Shown here in pieces: positions 12,881 through 25,309 of a stretch of DNA of 64,000 nucleotides. Below the pieces are notes generated by a model. That model saw only the letters and a list, made by a program, of their open reading frames with translations, was not told the origin of the DNA and made no database searches. A program made the position numbers and the translations under genes. Origin of the DNA: Lama glama. Lineage: Eukaryota. The stretch lies in the NCBI GenBank assembly GCA_028534125.1, contig CM052832.1, positions 13,146,001 to 13,210,000 of the forward strand, read 5' to 3'. Position 1 is the stretch's first letter; each line of letters begins with the position of its first letter.

Positions 12881-14719
12881 GCAAGGAGGCTTCCCTCACC
12901 TGGAAAAGCAGGTGAGGCTGGAAGGAAGAAGAGAAGTGAGAGAGGAAGCCAGTTCCCACTGGGCGGCAGACAGAAGCCATCCAGAGCAGGGCAGGGTGGG
13001 ATCCTAGGGGTGGGAAGGCTGCTGGGCCAGCAGCGGAAGGGTCCTGGGGCTTCCCTTTGCCTGGGTGAAACATGGACAGAGCTAGTGGTGCTGTGATGTG
13101 GTAAGAGGCAGAAAGGAGGGGCAGGGTGGGGTTCTGGTCAGGGTGGTGGGGCATCTGGCAGGGAGACTGCCACCCTCCAGGAGGATTGGGGGCTGGAGGT
13201 GTGGAGAGCCCAGCGGCCCGCTTCTGCTTCTTCCTCTAGCCCAACAGAACACGGCTTCTCCCTAGACCTTCTTAGGCAGGTCCTCACTGCACTTGGGTGC
13301 CTGATCTGGCTGTTATTAGTGGAGTTTCTTGTTGAGAGAAGAGTCAGGTGACCTTGACTCCATCACTCACCTCCTTGAAGCTTTTTAGTGAAAGAAAGGG
13401 TTTAACCTAGATGGTCTCCAACCAAGCCTTTTTTTGCATTTCTATTAATGGATGGAATCAGACATTGCATCTCCCCCACCTCTTTACTGCCATGGTGGTT
13501 TCAGGTTCCTGTCATGCCCTCTCCCTCTCTCCCCAGGGCTCCCATATATAGTGCTGCAGGGTGTTCACTTCACAAGGGCATCCAGCCAAGGGAGTAAGTA
13601 GAGGCTCAAATTCAACACACACTATGGTCCACAAGCCATATGCCCTGGCTGGCTCAGGGTTGCATTTATCCAAAGTAAAGAACACCTTTTTCTAGCTTGT
13701 TCTAAGGTGCAATAGGGACAGCCCCCACTTCCCTGTCCCATGCACACTCCTTCTTCTGCTCCTCTGTGTTCTTTTGCTCTTATCATCCCCATCCTCAAAC
13801 AGAGCAGATCTGAGGGCAGCATTTACATGCCTAGGGGAGGGGAGAGGGCAGCAGCTGCTTCATTTGTGAGCTCTGCCTCCTCAGCCCTGTGGTGCTTTTC
13901 CTCTCCTTATCAATGCTGTGAGTTGCCTCTCCAAATTGCGCTGCCATCATTAACACTGCAGATTAGGTCAGAGGAGAGCATGTTTGCAGTCTTGGATGGC
14001 AAAGGCAAAACGCTGATGCTGATTATTCCAGATCTTCTGGGCATGGCCTATTCCGTGCTCACAGTTTGTAATCAGAGGGACAAGCATTGGTTACGTGGCG
14101 GGGTGGGCCAGGGCCATGGTTGGTTCTAATCTAGGCTGCCAGGCCCAGACAGCATGTATGCAGCACTTGCTGGCCTGCCGGCTGGCCTGGTTTAACATCA
14201 CAGGTGACCTCAGTTACTTGGCACTATCATATCCCTCAGAGAGAAAATGACCTCTCCAATAGCAATGCCCATAGGCTTCTTTTGAACCATCAGCAAGTCA
14301 TTTGAGCAAGGACTATGAGTATTTTGCCCTAGGCCTGATCAGCAAGTTTTGTGTTCTGGGGCTCACTGGTTAGCCACGTACCTGAGGGGTGTCTTTCAGA
14401 CCAGACCACCCCAGTCTGGTCTTCAGTGTCTCCTTCTGAAAAGCCTCTGGCCTTATATCATGGCCCCTCACCTCCTGGCCTCATATTCATCCTGCGCTCT
14501 AGCCACACTTGGGTCCACAAACACAGCTCTCTGGACCTTAATCATGCTGCTCCCTTGCCAGGAGCACCTGCTCAACATTGTCTTCCAGGCAGAAGTTCAT
14601 CATCTGAAGCAGCCACTGTCCTGTCTATACCCTCACCTTTACCACTGCGGTGCACTCCAGCCCCATATCCAACTGCCAGAACCTGCACTTCTTTGCCTGA
14701 AGCTTTCTATGGCTTCTGG

Positions 14720-15080
14720 GACCTACATTGCCATTCTGTGCTGGTCAGGCCAGAAGTACCGGGAATTAACGCCCTCAGCCTGGAAGTGGCCCTCAGCCAC
14801 TGAGCCAGTGACTGATGAAAGTTGGTGTATACACACCACTGCTCCCTCACCCCTGTGGTGGGCTAAGTGTAAGGTGTGTTCTACATGGTCTCCCAGAGCT
14901 CCTCAGTGGGAATGAGCCCTAACTGCCCACAGTGATAACTAGTTTGATAAACCACTCTTATTGCCTGCCTTCCCTGCCTCACATCCACACTCCCCACATA
15001 GTGCTTCCTAATCCCTCGAATAAACTACTCACATTCAGATCTTTTTCTCAGAACCTGCTTCTGAGGGAACCAAACAGACA
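14720..15080 (+). mobile_element. ERVL-class LTR (LTR16-like) remnant
   Basis: tgcccacagtgataact...aataaactactcacattcagatc...ctcagaacctgcttctgagggaaccaaacagaca resembles an LTR16 3' end; may extend further 5'. Confidence 0.6.
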
Positions 15081-15099
15081 TGTTCAATGTCCATCTCAG

Positions 15100-15370
15100 T
15101 ACCATCTCTGCTTTTCAGTTTCTCCGGACCCTCCCTTGTGCCCACTCCTGAGGTAGAACTGTTGGTCACTCTTCTCTATTCCCAGGGCCCTTTATACCTA
15201 CCTCAACAACACGTTCATGCTGCACTGTGATGTATTTTCTGCCTGTCCTGGGGCCCCCACTAGCCTGGGAACTCTCTGAGGACAGATACTTTGTCCTTTT
15301 CACCTCTTTATTCTCTGAGCTTAAGAGAGCAAGCACCTAGCACAGAGTAGGTGCGTGATACAATTTTTGG
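15100..15370 (+). mobile_element. LINE-2 3' end
   Basis: cccccactagcctgggaactctctgaggacagatactttgtc...gcacctagcacagagtaggtgc. Confidence 0.7.
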
Positions 15371-15789
15371 GGGTGGGATGGGGCAAAGAGCCAGCAATGG
15401 AAATGCAATGACTAAGAGGGAATGGAGAGAAACAGAAGGATTCCGGAATCTTTATAGAAAGAGACCCAGGGGCTGCTATGCCAGATGTTACAATGTTACA
15501 TGGTAGAACTTCAGTCTCACCACTCACCTGCTTAGTAACCTGCAATGGCTCCCACTTGTCCTCCTCAACTAGGCCTCATTTCATAGATGACTTTTAAGAC
15601 CATCCATCATCTGGCCCCATCCTAAGAGGCAGTCAAGACTTTTGTTCAGAGACTTTGGTCTCAATAGCCTGGATTCAAATTTTTACTCTGCCAGTTCCCA
15701 GCTGGGTGATCATGGGTCAGTTACTTAGCCTCCCTGGGATAATAATACCTCATACTTAACACTTATTTTGAGAATTTAAAATCATGCAT

Positions 15790-15873
15790 AGTCCTTGTGA
15801 ATATACTAAAAACTATTGAACTGTATACTTTAAAATGGTAGATTTTATAATGTGAATAATACTTTAAAAAAAT
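15790..15873 (+). mobile_element. Old L1 extreme 3' end, adjacent to a MIR
   Basis: tgtgaatatactaaaaactattgaactgtatactttaaaatggt...aaaaaaa. Confidence 0.7.
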
Positions 15874-17308
15874 TAAGCATGGTGTTTTGTCCAGGATAGA
15901 CTCTTTGAAAATAGAATGGTGGTTATCATTGTTACCAAGGAAGTTTCCCAAGGGGCTCTAACACCTGTCAAGGTACACAGCAGGTAATCAGTAAATGCTG
16001 GTAGAATGAATGAATAGCATATTCCACAAGTATGTTTGGAGCATTGTCTAAGACAGGTATGTGGGGTTGGGGCATTGGAGGGCACAGAGATTCCAAGCCC
16101 AGTTTTGCATCCCTCAGGAAAGGAGGCGCGTCCATGGAGAGAGGGCCTCATACCCAAACCAGAGAGAGGAGCCTTCCCACCCAGCAGCCCCCCTCTGCCC
16201 TGGGAATCCAAGTGCTTTTGTTCTTGAGGTCGGTCCCAGGTCCAGTGGATCCTGAACTATGGGTAAACATAAAACACTTAACCCAGACCAAGGAATGTGT
16301 TCTTGTATATTTATCTTTGACTCTGGCTGTATCTGACATTCTGGGAATAGACTTCAAACAGAATCTTGGTGCGTCGGTTAAGGCCCATCTGCCAAAGCAA
16401 GGCCTGGAGGGCGTGGCTTTTCCGGGGCCAGCCTCAGGCTGTAGGCCTCCCTGGACCTCTTCCCCCACCCGCGCAGAGGCGAATCCTGTCCTAATGCCAG
16501 GCGGTGGGCGCGGTAGAGGAAGCTTCTGCTCAGCAAAGTGCAGACTAAGACCGAGGAGGGGCTGCGGGGGATTTCCTGGAGAGTCTATGTGCGAAGCCCT
16601 AGAGAGACGCCATAGCGCTGCGAACCCAGGCCCAGAAGGGGCAGGGTAGGGCCGTGAGGCGCTTGGCTGGGATGAAGGCTGCCTGAGAGGCGCCTCAGCT
16701 CTCTCTTTCGCACGGCTAGGATCAAAGCCCAGCACACAGTAAGCGCCTACTCGGTGCTGGTGGCATAGAAGTCTGAGGAGCTTGGGCCGCCCTCTCTGGT
16801 TGAGGAAGCTTCTAGACCCGGGGGCTGGCACAGCCTAGTGGTCACGACAGGCCGAGGATGGGGAGGGCGCTGGCGCGTGGCTTAGGTGAATGACTCCTCT
16901 TGGCCAGGCCCAGCGGGAGCCAAAAGTGGGTGGGGGAGGGCCTGTGCACCCACCCTGCCTAGACCTAACCACCCTTACTGGGAAACCGAAGCGGCCACTC
17001 CGCGCACTGGGGTCGCCCCCATACGCTTCCCCAAGAGATGTAGAGTCTTGTTTCTGGACTGAGATCCACTCCCCGTTGGGGCGCACCCTCAGCAGAGACC
17101 CTCCAAACGTCTGGAGGTGGTGCTGTCTCTTTTGCACACGTTTCTCCCCACCCTGGCTCCGCATAGACCCTTCTCAAACAGATGCCCCTTGGTTCACACA
17201 TCCCTCTCCCTCCCTAGGTATGGGGACCCCTCAGGGAGGTGGGGAGTGGAGGGCGGGCGCTGATGGAGACGCGCACCGCCCGGACTAGCTCTAGCTGTCA
17301 CCCCCACT

Positions 17309-17429
17309 ACACACACACACACACGCACACGCACACACACCCAGGCTCCCAGCATCTGGAGCCGCGTACCCACGCCCGCAACACGCACACAGACTCGCAA
17401 GCTCACACAGACACACTCACACCCGCGCG
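17309..17429. repeat. Interrupted (CA)n/(CACG)n alternating purine-pyrimidine tract
   Basis: acacacacacacacacgcacacgcacacacac ... acacgcacacag ... cacacagacacactcacacccgcgcg. Confidence 0.9.
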
Positions 17430-18112
17430 TAGACCCCGCCCGCGGCCCCGCCCCGGCCCCTGCGGTCGCCCCCTGCGGCGCTCGAGGACCAGCACACAGC
17501 CAGCCCCGGGTGGCCGGAGGCGGCGGCTTCGGGCAGATTTGATTTTCCCGCAGCCCGGGCGCCCCGAAGCCGGAGCTCGAGCCGAGGAGGTGGTGCTCAC
17601 AGCCGCGTCCCCAGCCCCGCCGCCGCCCGCTCGGAGATCCAGCGAGAGGCGGCGCAGCCCCTGCGCTCGGAGCTTGCTCCAGGCTGCCGGAGTCCCGCCA
17701 CCCCCGCATCCCGCGCCCCATCCGGCCCCCCACGCCCCTCTCCCTCTTCTGCGCCTCTCTGCCCCCCGCCCCAAGCTCCTCGCCCCTCTCCCAGTGTCCC
17801 TCTCCACGATTCCCCGCGTCTCTCCACCCCTCCTCGCGGCTCCCCAGCTCCCTGGGCTCCTTCCCCGTCTCCGCTGGGCCCCCAGCCTCCTCGTCGCGTC
17901 ACCTGCACCCCTTCCTCTATCCGCGGCCCCCGCTCCCTCCGCCCCCCCTTCCCTCTCTCACTTCCCACGCCCCCTCTTCGCTCTGCTCTCTCCTCCCTTT
18001 GCTGCCCAGCCACGGCTCCGGAGTTGGGGGAGAGCCCAGGGTTTCGGTTGATCCGGAGGAGGCGTGAATTGCGCGGGGATTGACTAATTTGGGGTGGGGG
18101 GCGCGGTGGGCT

Positions 18113-18207
18113 ATGGAACAGCCCGAGGACATGGCGTCGCTGAGCGAGTTCGACTCCTTGGCGGGCAGCATCCCAGCCACCAAGGTGGAGATCACCGTGT
18201 CCTGCAG
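18113..18207 (+). CDS. CPNE5: Copine-5 exon 1, coding part (95 nt)
   Basis: gctATGG start; MEQPEDMASLSEFDSLAGSIPATKVEITVSC(R); donor AG|gtgagc; phase 2. Confidence 0.97.
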
Positions 18208-20659
18208 GTGAGCCTCCCACTGGCCGGGTCCCCCTGCCCCGCCCCTGGACCCAGAGCCCCTCGGCTCCTTCGGCTCCAACCCCTACCTCCGCGCGCCCCC
18301 TTCAAGAGTGTCCTCTTCTCCAGGGCGCCCCTCCGCCTGTCCGGCCCAGCCACGGGTGGCGAAGGCGAAATGGGAAGCCAGGCTTAGGGTCGTATCCCGG
18401 AAAGTTTGCACTCCGGCTGTTGTTGGGAGGCGATGAGAAGACACAGGAATGGGGGTCTAGGCGCCTGAGTAGAGAGAGGGAAGTCGTGAAAGGATAACTA
18501 GGATCTTCACGCAGTCTATTTCTGAGCATCCCCTCACCAAATCCAGAGGAGTGTGATTTGCCTCATCCCTCCCTGGCGTCCCCAGCCTCTGCCTTTGTGC
18601 CCTCCTTTCCTCCTTTCTCCCCCTTCCTTTGCCCCAATACCCTCATCCTCTCCCCCCTCACCTGTCCACCGTTCTAGATCCCAGGATTCTAAATTCATCT
18701 CCTACAACAAGCTGACTCTTGGAAAGAAAAGGATCAGATTGACTCATTTATATTGCGGTGTAGATAACTGATAACAACTTCAAGTGGCACCATTAAAAAA
18801 AAATCCATAACCTGGGTACAAAATCTTAAGCCAAAGGACTAGAACACTGAGTGTGGAATTTTAGAGTCCAGCAGGGGAGGGGGAGGAGTGATTTTGTAGG
18901 GTACCATCCCCAAATCCTCAGTCATGTCTCACAGGCTTTGGGGCTAACTTCTTCCCCTAAGCTGGGTCTCTGCCAGGTTCTATCTGAGGGGACGGCTGCC
19001 CCAGGCAGTAAGGAGTACATGTGGGGGAGAGGGGATTTTTCCCTAGTGCAGTCACCCTGTGCCTTGCTGGGACTTTGAGGGGCGCTGTGGCCTATGCATT
19101 ACCCACCATTTAGGTTCTGCTGAAGAGACCATTCCCCTGTCCCAAATGACCAACAGCATTTCCAAGGTCCTAGGTGTGCCCTTGTTCAAAATCACCCACA
19201 CTATCATCTTCCAGACCCCTCATTGGTCAGACCTTTCACCCACCCTCATGGGCCCCCAACCCTGTATTCCCAAGTTGTGGCATTGGGGAGGAGTACATAG
19301 AGCCAGAGGAGCTGAGTTAGGGCGTGAGAAAGGGAAGGATTTGGGGTGGGGCCTTTAAGTATGTCAGGCCCTGCTGGGGGCTCCTGCAATAACTTCCGCA
19401 TGTCTCCCCCATAGTCCCATAGACAGTTTTGTCAGAATTATCTCCCAAGGCCATTTGCATCTTGCCATTACTCTGCTGGGAGTTTCCTAATGGCCCATTA
19501 GCTCCAGTCTCACCTCCTCAGCCATCAACACTGCCACAGCCTGCCTCCCTTCTGCCAAACACACATGCCTGCGCCTGCCACTCCTTCCCAGGCTTCAGTC
19601 GTGCCTGTGTCAGAGCTGTCTCAGGATCCTTCTCACCTCAGAGCCTCTGAAAGCTCATTCCTCATCCAGATTTCACCCCTCCTTCACATCTGTTAGTTCA
19701 TATCCCCCCATCCTGAAAAGCCTGGCCTCATGCACCCCACTTCCAGCCGTCCTTCTCACCTATGAGAACCCAGCCCGAATCACTGTCTTCTGCGTCCTCT
19801 GGGTCCTGAGTATTCAGCCTGGGCCACAGGGTCTCTCACATACTGAGCGCAAAACCTCTGAAGACATCTCAGGTGTGTAGACTTTGTCCCTCTTCACCCA
19901 AAGTAACTATATAAGCATTTGAGGGCAGGGATTCCCCCCCCCGACTCAGACCCATGAACCCTCTGCTCCAGTGGAGAGGAGAGGAGGCAGATGGCACATA
20001 GCATTGTGACTTTGGAACCTTAAAATGGATTCTGCTCCACCACTTGGGCAAACTTTTAGACTCAGTTTCTCCCATTTTTCGAGTATAAATAACAAATCTG
20101 TATTTATTGAGAAAACTTGTTCACTGAAGTAGACCACATGCTTGAAATTGTTACTGGGACATTGCAGCTACTCAAAAAAAATTCCTCCAACAAGTTAGAG
20201 GGATTAACTTACAGGAGTAGAGGATTGCAAAGCCTCCAACATGGTACTTTGCATTTGCTTTGCACACAGTAGGTGCTCAACAAATAGCTACAATGATTAC
20301 TGTAAGGCAGTAGCACTTGTCCTCTCCTATTTGCTCTCTGGAAGTGGAGGTGTCCGTAGGACTCAAATCTTTTGCCTAAGAGGTACCTAAGAATACATAT
20401 GAGTTCCCAGGGGATGTGGTTCTGGTATCAACCCTGGTGTCCATTCACTTCCATAGGACATCAGCCCAAGGAGGGCACGATCCAGGCCCTGCTCCTGCCC
20501 TCCCAAAAGCCTGAGGGTAGAGAAGTGGGTTTTTCAGTAGGAAGGGGTGAGGAGGGAGGAATTGAGGGGAGGCAAGAACATAATGTGGGTGGGCTTGAAA
20601 TTATAAATCCATTTCTTTGCCTCAACCAGGTCCAACTACCCAGGTTCTAGAACAGATCG

Positions 20660-20737
20660 AGAAAGAGAGAGAGAGAGAGAGTAGGGGAGAGAAAAGGAAA
20701 AGGAGGAAGAGAGGAGGAGGATGGGGGAGGAGAGAGA
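20660..20737. repeat. Purine-rich (GA)n/GGA low-complexity tract
   Basis: gaaagagagagagagagagagtaggggagagaaaaggaaaaggaggaagagaggaggagg. Confidence 0.85.
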
Positions 20738-21344
20738 ACTGCTGCAAGGAATAGCTTTCTCCAGCATATTCTATACTCCATGGCCAGCAATTATGACAGT
20801 TAAATTCTCCTCCCCTGCATTCCGTGGTCAGCACTGACTGGGCCCCAGGGGAGGAGGCTATAGGGTGCCCCTGCCCTGAGTATCTAAGTGACACTTGTTG
20901 ATGGGCAGGCAATAGTAGGGCAGGCAGAGGGGTTGGTGGGCTGAGAACTCTGGGGGGCTTCAGAATGGGCAGCTGGGGATGAGGAGGCCAATGTTTCAAG
21001 GGAACTGGAAACTAGCATTCCTGGGAGCTAGTTCCCTTCCCTCTCTGCTCCTTAGGAAGGTCCCTGCCACCCCTGCAGCCCTAGGAGGTCCCCACTATTG
21101 CCCAGGGGAGGATCTGATCCCCTACCATGCCTATTCTAGGACACTTCTAGCTGAACAAAGCTGCCTGGGACAGGAGCAAGTTTGAGTCCCAGCATAGGAC
21201 CACTACAGATGACACTGTAGGATGGACATGTCTGGGGCCCCTGCTTCATGTTTGGTGTCTCTTTGGCTAACCTATAGTCCATTCTTAAACAATTGTTTTT
21301 ACTGATTTGGGTAAACTCAAGGCCAAATATTTTAAAGCCTCTGG

Positions 21345-21545
21345 TTGTTTGGCTCAGTGCTTAAGAACATGAGTCTATGAGGTCTGCCTACCTGAGTTCA
21401 AATCCCTGTGACCTCGGGTAAAGTACTTAACCTGGACCTTAGTTTCCTCATCTGTAAAGGAAGCATGATAATCCTTGATAATCCTTATCACAGTTAGAAG
21501 GATTAAATGGATTAATCCATGAATAGTAATGTATGTTGCTATTGT
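21345..21545 (+). mobile_element. MIR SINE
   Basis: ctgagttcaaatccctgtgacctcgggtaaagtacttaacc...cttagtttcctcatctgtaaa...ggattaaatgg; contains a small tandem duplication tgataatcct x2 (21466-21485). Confidence 0.8.
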
Positions 21546-22570
21546 TTGACACCTGAAAGTAAATTAAAAATCTGTCTCTATAGCTCGGTCCCAGGGTTTC
21601 TGTGGGTCCTGGAGTTCTGATCTATCTAGAAAGTCTTATTTTTACCCCCAGCTTTTTTGACATATATATGACACACTGTATATATTTCAAGATTCTGAGG
21701 GGTTGTTTTGGAAGTGAGTAGGGTAGATGGTTTGTGAAACCAAATTCCAGCAGACATTGTAGAAAGTGAACAAGCTTCTCCTTCTCCTGATGATCTGTTC
21801 CAGACCTCTCCTGACTTTATCAGCCTCCCTGAAGACCCAGTCAAAACTCATCTGTCCAGTGTCCCATTCCCTAAGGCCCCCACTATTTTTCACGTCTCTA
21901 TGCTTCATCTGATGCAGACATCCAGACCAGTGTGTTGGTTAGAAACAGCAATTTGCATTTTTTATGTAACAGGAAATCTTTGCACTTCCATGGGGTCTTG
22001 CTGGCAGAAGCAATGCACAGTTCTACATGGTGGGGCTCTGGAGACCCATAGGGAAGGCAGGGAGGGGAGGCGGTGGCTTAGCCCTGCTGGGATCGCTCAA
22101 GCAGCTGTCCCCTCCCCTCCAGCTGGCGTGGGGCTGGTGGGCAGCTGTTGCTGCTGCCCTAGAGATGTTGTTTTCTACTGTCTCTTCAGATTGGCATTTT
22201 GCTGCCCTGGGGCATGAGAGGCACAGCCTAACTCAAGAACTGGGCCCTCAGCCTCTCAGAAGGGGTGTGAATGGTCTCAGAACGAATTCTTCTGACAGGC
22301 AGGAGGAGGGTGGCTTTGGGGAAAGAAGGGCCTGGGGGCAGTGTGGCAGCTGTTAGAGGCAGTGCTAAAAAAAAAAAAGAGGCCCATTCAGCCATTAAAT
22401 GCTCCACAGCAGTCTTTAGTGGAGCCAGGGGAATAATGACAGTGGGATTTATTGAGTGCTTACTACGTGCTAGGTGCTTTACGTCTGTGTTAGGCTGAAC
22501 CATATGCAATTGCCTATACTCAGCTGTTTTTAACCTACTCAAATAGCAGTTTGGTCCAAACTGAGATTAT

Positions 22571-23243
22571 TGTATTAGTTTTCAATTGCTGTATAAGAAA
22601 TCACCACAGAGTGGAGGGTATAGCTCAGTGGTAGAGCGCGTGCTTAACATGCGCAAGGTCCTAGGTTCAATCCCCAGTACCTCCATTAAAATAAATATAT
22701 AAATAAACCTAATTACCCCCTCGCCCCAAAAAGAGAAAAGAAAAGAAGATAAATTACCACAAATGTAGGGGCTTAAAACAATAGCCATTTGTTATCTCAC
22801 AGTTTCTTTAGGTCAGAAGCCCAGGCACCACATAGCTGGGTTTTCTGTTCTGGGTCTCCCAGGCTGAAATCAAGGTGTCTGCAGGGTCTGTGATCTCATC
22901 TGAGGCTTGGGTCCAAGCCAAGCTCATTTAGGTTGTTGGCAGAATTTAATTCCTTGCAGCTATAAGATTAAAGTCCTGTGTTCTTGCTAGTTGTTGGATC
23001 GGGCGTCTTAGCTCCTACAGGCCACCCTCAGGTCCTAGCCATGTGGGCCTCTCACAACAAGGCAGCTTCCTTCTTTAAAGTCAGCGAGAGACTCTCTCCC
23101 CAGTCTGCTACTTAAATAAAGTAACAGAAGTGAGTATTCCATCATATTCAGGTCCCACTCATACTCAAGGGGAGGGGATTGTGCAGACTTGTACACCAGG
23201 AGGCAAGAATCTTGGAGACCATCTTAGATTTCTACCTACCACA
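22571..23243 (-). mobile_element. MaLR (MLT1-type) solo LTR, interrupted by a SINE
   Basis: Starts tgtattagtttt..attgctg, ends ..ctacctaccaca; typical internal motifs (ggcttaaaacaa..tctcacagttt, aggctgaaatcaaggtgtc); flanks attat/atcat form a near-perfect 5-bp TSD. Confidence 0.8.
22611..22750 (+). mobile_element. Full-length tRNA-derived SINE (camelid Vic-1-like)
   Basis: A box TAGCTCAGTGG, B box GGTTCAATCC, tRNA-Ala-like head, tail aaataaacctaattacccc + A-rich end; imperfect TSD aaatcaccacaga (22598-22610) / aaattaccacaaa (22751-22763). Confidence 0.9.
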
Positions 23244-23249
23244 ATCATT

Positions 23250-23420
23250 GTATCTTTTTTAACCTTATAACAATCCTGTAAGGTAGATAATAGTATTTTC
23301 CCATTTTGCTGATTAGGAAATCAGGGCTCAGGTTAAATGAACCACCCAAGGCTGTACAGTTGATACGTTTTGGAGAGGGGAATCCAAATCTAGTTTCCTC
23401 AGACTTCAAAGCCTTGAGGG
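23250..23420 (-). mobile_element. MIR SINE
   Basis: aacaatcctgtaaggtagataatagtattttcccattttgctgattaggaaatcagggctcag. Confidence 0.75.
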
Positions 23421-23814
23421 CTTCTTGAAGTTGAGGACTGGGGTCTCCAATGATGAAGAGCATGGTAAGGCCTGGGTACCAACCATGGTAGACGTAATTG
23501 GGAAGTAGGTACTCTATCTCCAGGGATGAGAGAAGCCTTTCATGCTCAGGAATACCTCTGGTTCTAGGAGGCAAACCCAGAGCTGTTGGAATCCCCAGGG
23601 AGCAGAGACCAAGAAGAGTCATGGGATGGCAGCCAGCCTTCCATGACATCCAGACCATATGGTAGTAGCTTACTATCCCTCCTCTCCCAGCCCACAGTTC
23701 TTCCTGCTCAGACCTAAGGCCTTTACTGAATATGACCTGCTATTGGGAATAGAGAGTGGGGAGGAGGTAAGGGGAATAAGGCTGGAATAAGCTTTGAGGC
23801 ACAGAAGAGTCAGG

Positions 23815-24703
23815 TTCAGGTTCAGTTAGGAATGCTTTGGCTATAGATAACAGAAAATCTGATAGTGGCTCAAACCCAAAATTCATTTATTTTTCTCAGA
23901 CCACAGTGAGTCTGTAGGCATTGATCTCAGTTCTGGTTTACCAACTCACTTTACCATCAAGGACCCAGCTGTCTATTCTGCCATCATCCAAATGGTGGGC
24001 CTCATTGTTACAAAATGACTGCCTCTGTTCTAGGCATCACAACCACATCTGAAGACAGGAAGCAATGCGTCGGGCCAAAAGCCTCTCTTTAGAAAGTTCT
24101 TTTTATTTGGAGAGCATAATCCCTCTCCAAATCTCTTAGCAGACTTACCCTTCTATTTCAATGGCCAAAGCCTGGTCTCGTGTCTACCTTAGAGCAGCAT
24201 ATTAGTCAGTTTGGGCTGCCATAACAAAATACCATAGACTAGGTGGCTTAAACAACAGAAGTTTGTTTCTCACAGTTATCGAGGATGGAAGTCCAAGATC
24301 AGGGTGCCAGCATGGTCAGGTTCCGGTGAGGACTCTCTTCCTGGCTTCAGATGGCCACCTTCTCAGTGTTCTCTTACATGGTGGAGAAAGAGAGAGCAGA
24401 ACAAGCTCTTTGGTATCTCTTCTTATAAGGGTACTAATTCCCATTGTGAAGGCTCCACCCTGATGACCTCAAATATCCCTTATTACCTCCCAAAGACCTC
24501 ATCTCCAAATATTATTACATTGGGGTTAGTGTTTCATTGTATTAATTTTTGGGGTTACGCAATCAGTTGATAGTAACAAGAAACAAGAGCCTACCTTCTC
24601 TAACGTCAGGGCATCTCCATAAGACACCTGAACCAGTATAGATTCTGTTGGCAGGAAGGGAGTGAGGAATGCTTACTGGGTGGACAGCCATGGCCTCTGC
24701 CAA
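23815..24703 (-). mobile_element. Older MaLR LTR (MLT1J/K-like) hosting a nested MLT1A-like LTR
   Basis: tcagttaggaatgctttggctatagataacagaaaa...catcaaggacccag...aaaatgactgc; the sequence resumes after 24578. Confidence 0.55.
24198..24578 (-). mobile_element. MLT1A-like MaLR solo LTR
   Basis: tattagtcagtttgggctgccataacaaaataccatagactaggtggcttaaacaacagaa...ggaagtccaagatcagggtgccagcatggtcagg...tcttcttataagggtactaattccca...tagtaaca. Confidence 0.85.
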
Positions 24704-25309
24704 AAGGAAGCTTTCCAAGTGACCCGTAGGCTACCTGGGCTTCCTGGGGCTACAAGGAGTCTAGAATTTGGTATTTATGAGGACTGGCTCCTCAGATTTT
24801 CCTACCGTCAGTGGACAGCTAGTGTTAAGTGACTGGGGACTGATGTTCCAAGCACAGCTTGGCCGGAGCCCTGACTACCTCTTTTCCTGTGAGTTTTCTG
24901 GGCAAGAAAAAAAAAAAAAAACTTAGCCTGAATCCATGACATTGCAAGGTGCCTCTGTCCCCTAACATCACTTGCCTCTGCTGGCCTAGCATAGTGCCTG
25001 AAGGTCCCAATAGGAGAGCTTTATGCCTTTGCGCCTTGAAGAATCCTGGGCAAAGCACTGAAAGTCAGTGAAATTCCTGCCTTACCTTCTCTAAAACCTT
25101 GGCCAGATCAATTAAGTTCTCCAGCCTCAGTCTCTCTGTCTGTAAAATGGGCAGGGATTGAAGGGGTAGGGGAATACTGGTCCTGCTCACATTCTATTAG
25201 GGATTCTTATGAAGACCAAAGAGATTATGTTTGTAAGGTCTGTATAGACTGGAATGTGCTAAATAAACTTAATAATGATAACTGATACCAGTAACTGAAG
25301 TCTGCTAAT

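Larger units (their letters stand above)
16370..18470 (+). promoter_or_regulatory. CPNE5: CpG island / CPNE5 promoter and GC-rich 5' UTR
   Basis: Sharp rise in CpG and GC content over the CpG-depleted flanks; GC boxes (ccccgccc, ~17434-17460); spans exon 1. TSS not determinable from sequence; probably ~17400-17500. Confidence 0.85.

Noticed and set aside
14349..14915. 188-aa and 150-aa overlapping ORFs
   Set aside because: They overlap a decayed LTR-like region, have no recognisable domain and no splice support.
16032..18387. Long ORFs in the CpG island (e.g. 17239-18051, 270 aa; 16148-16831; 17597-18220)
   Set aside because: Low-complexity Pro/Arg/Gly/Ala translations are expected in stop-poor GC-rich DNA; no recognisable domain. 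The real CDS starts at 18113.
22612..22685. tRNA gene (Val-AAC/Ala-like cloverleaf); likewise 31128-31198
   Set aside because: Stem mismatches, a SINE-type tail, TSDs and several dispersed related copies indicate tRNA-derived SINEs.
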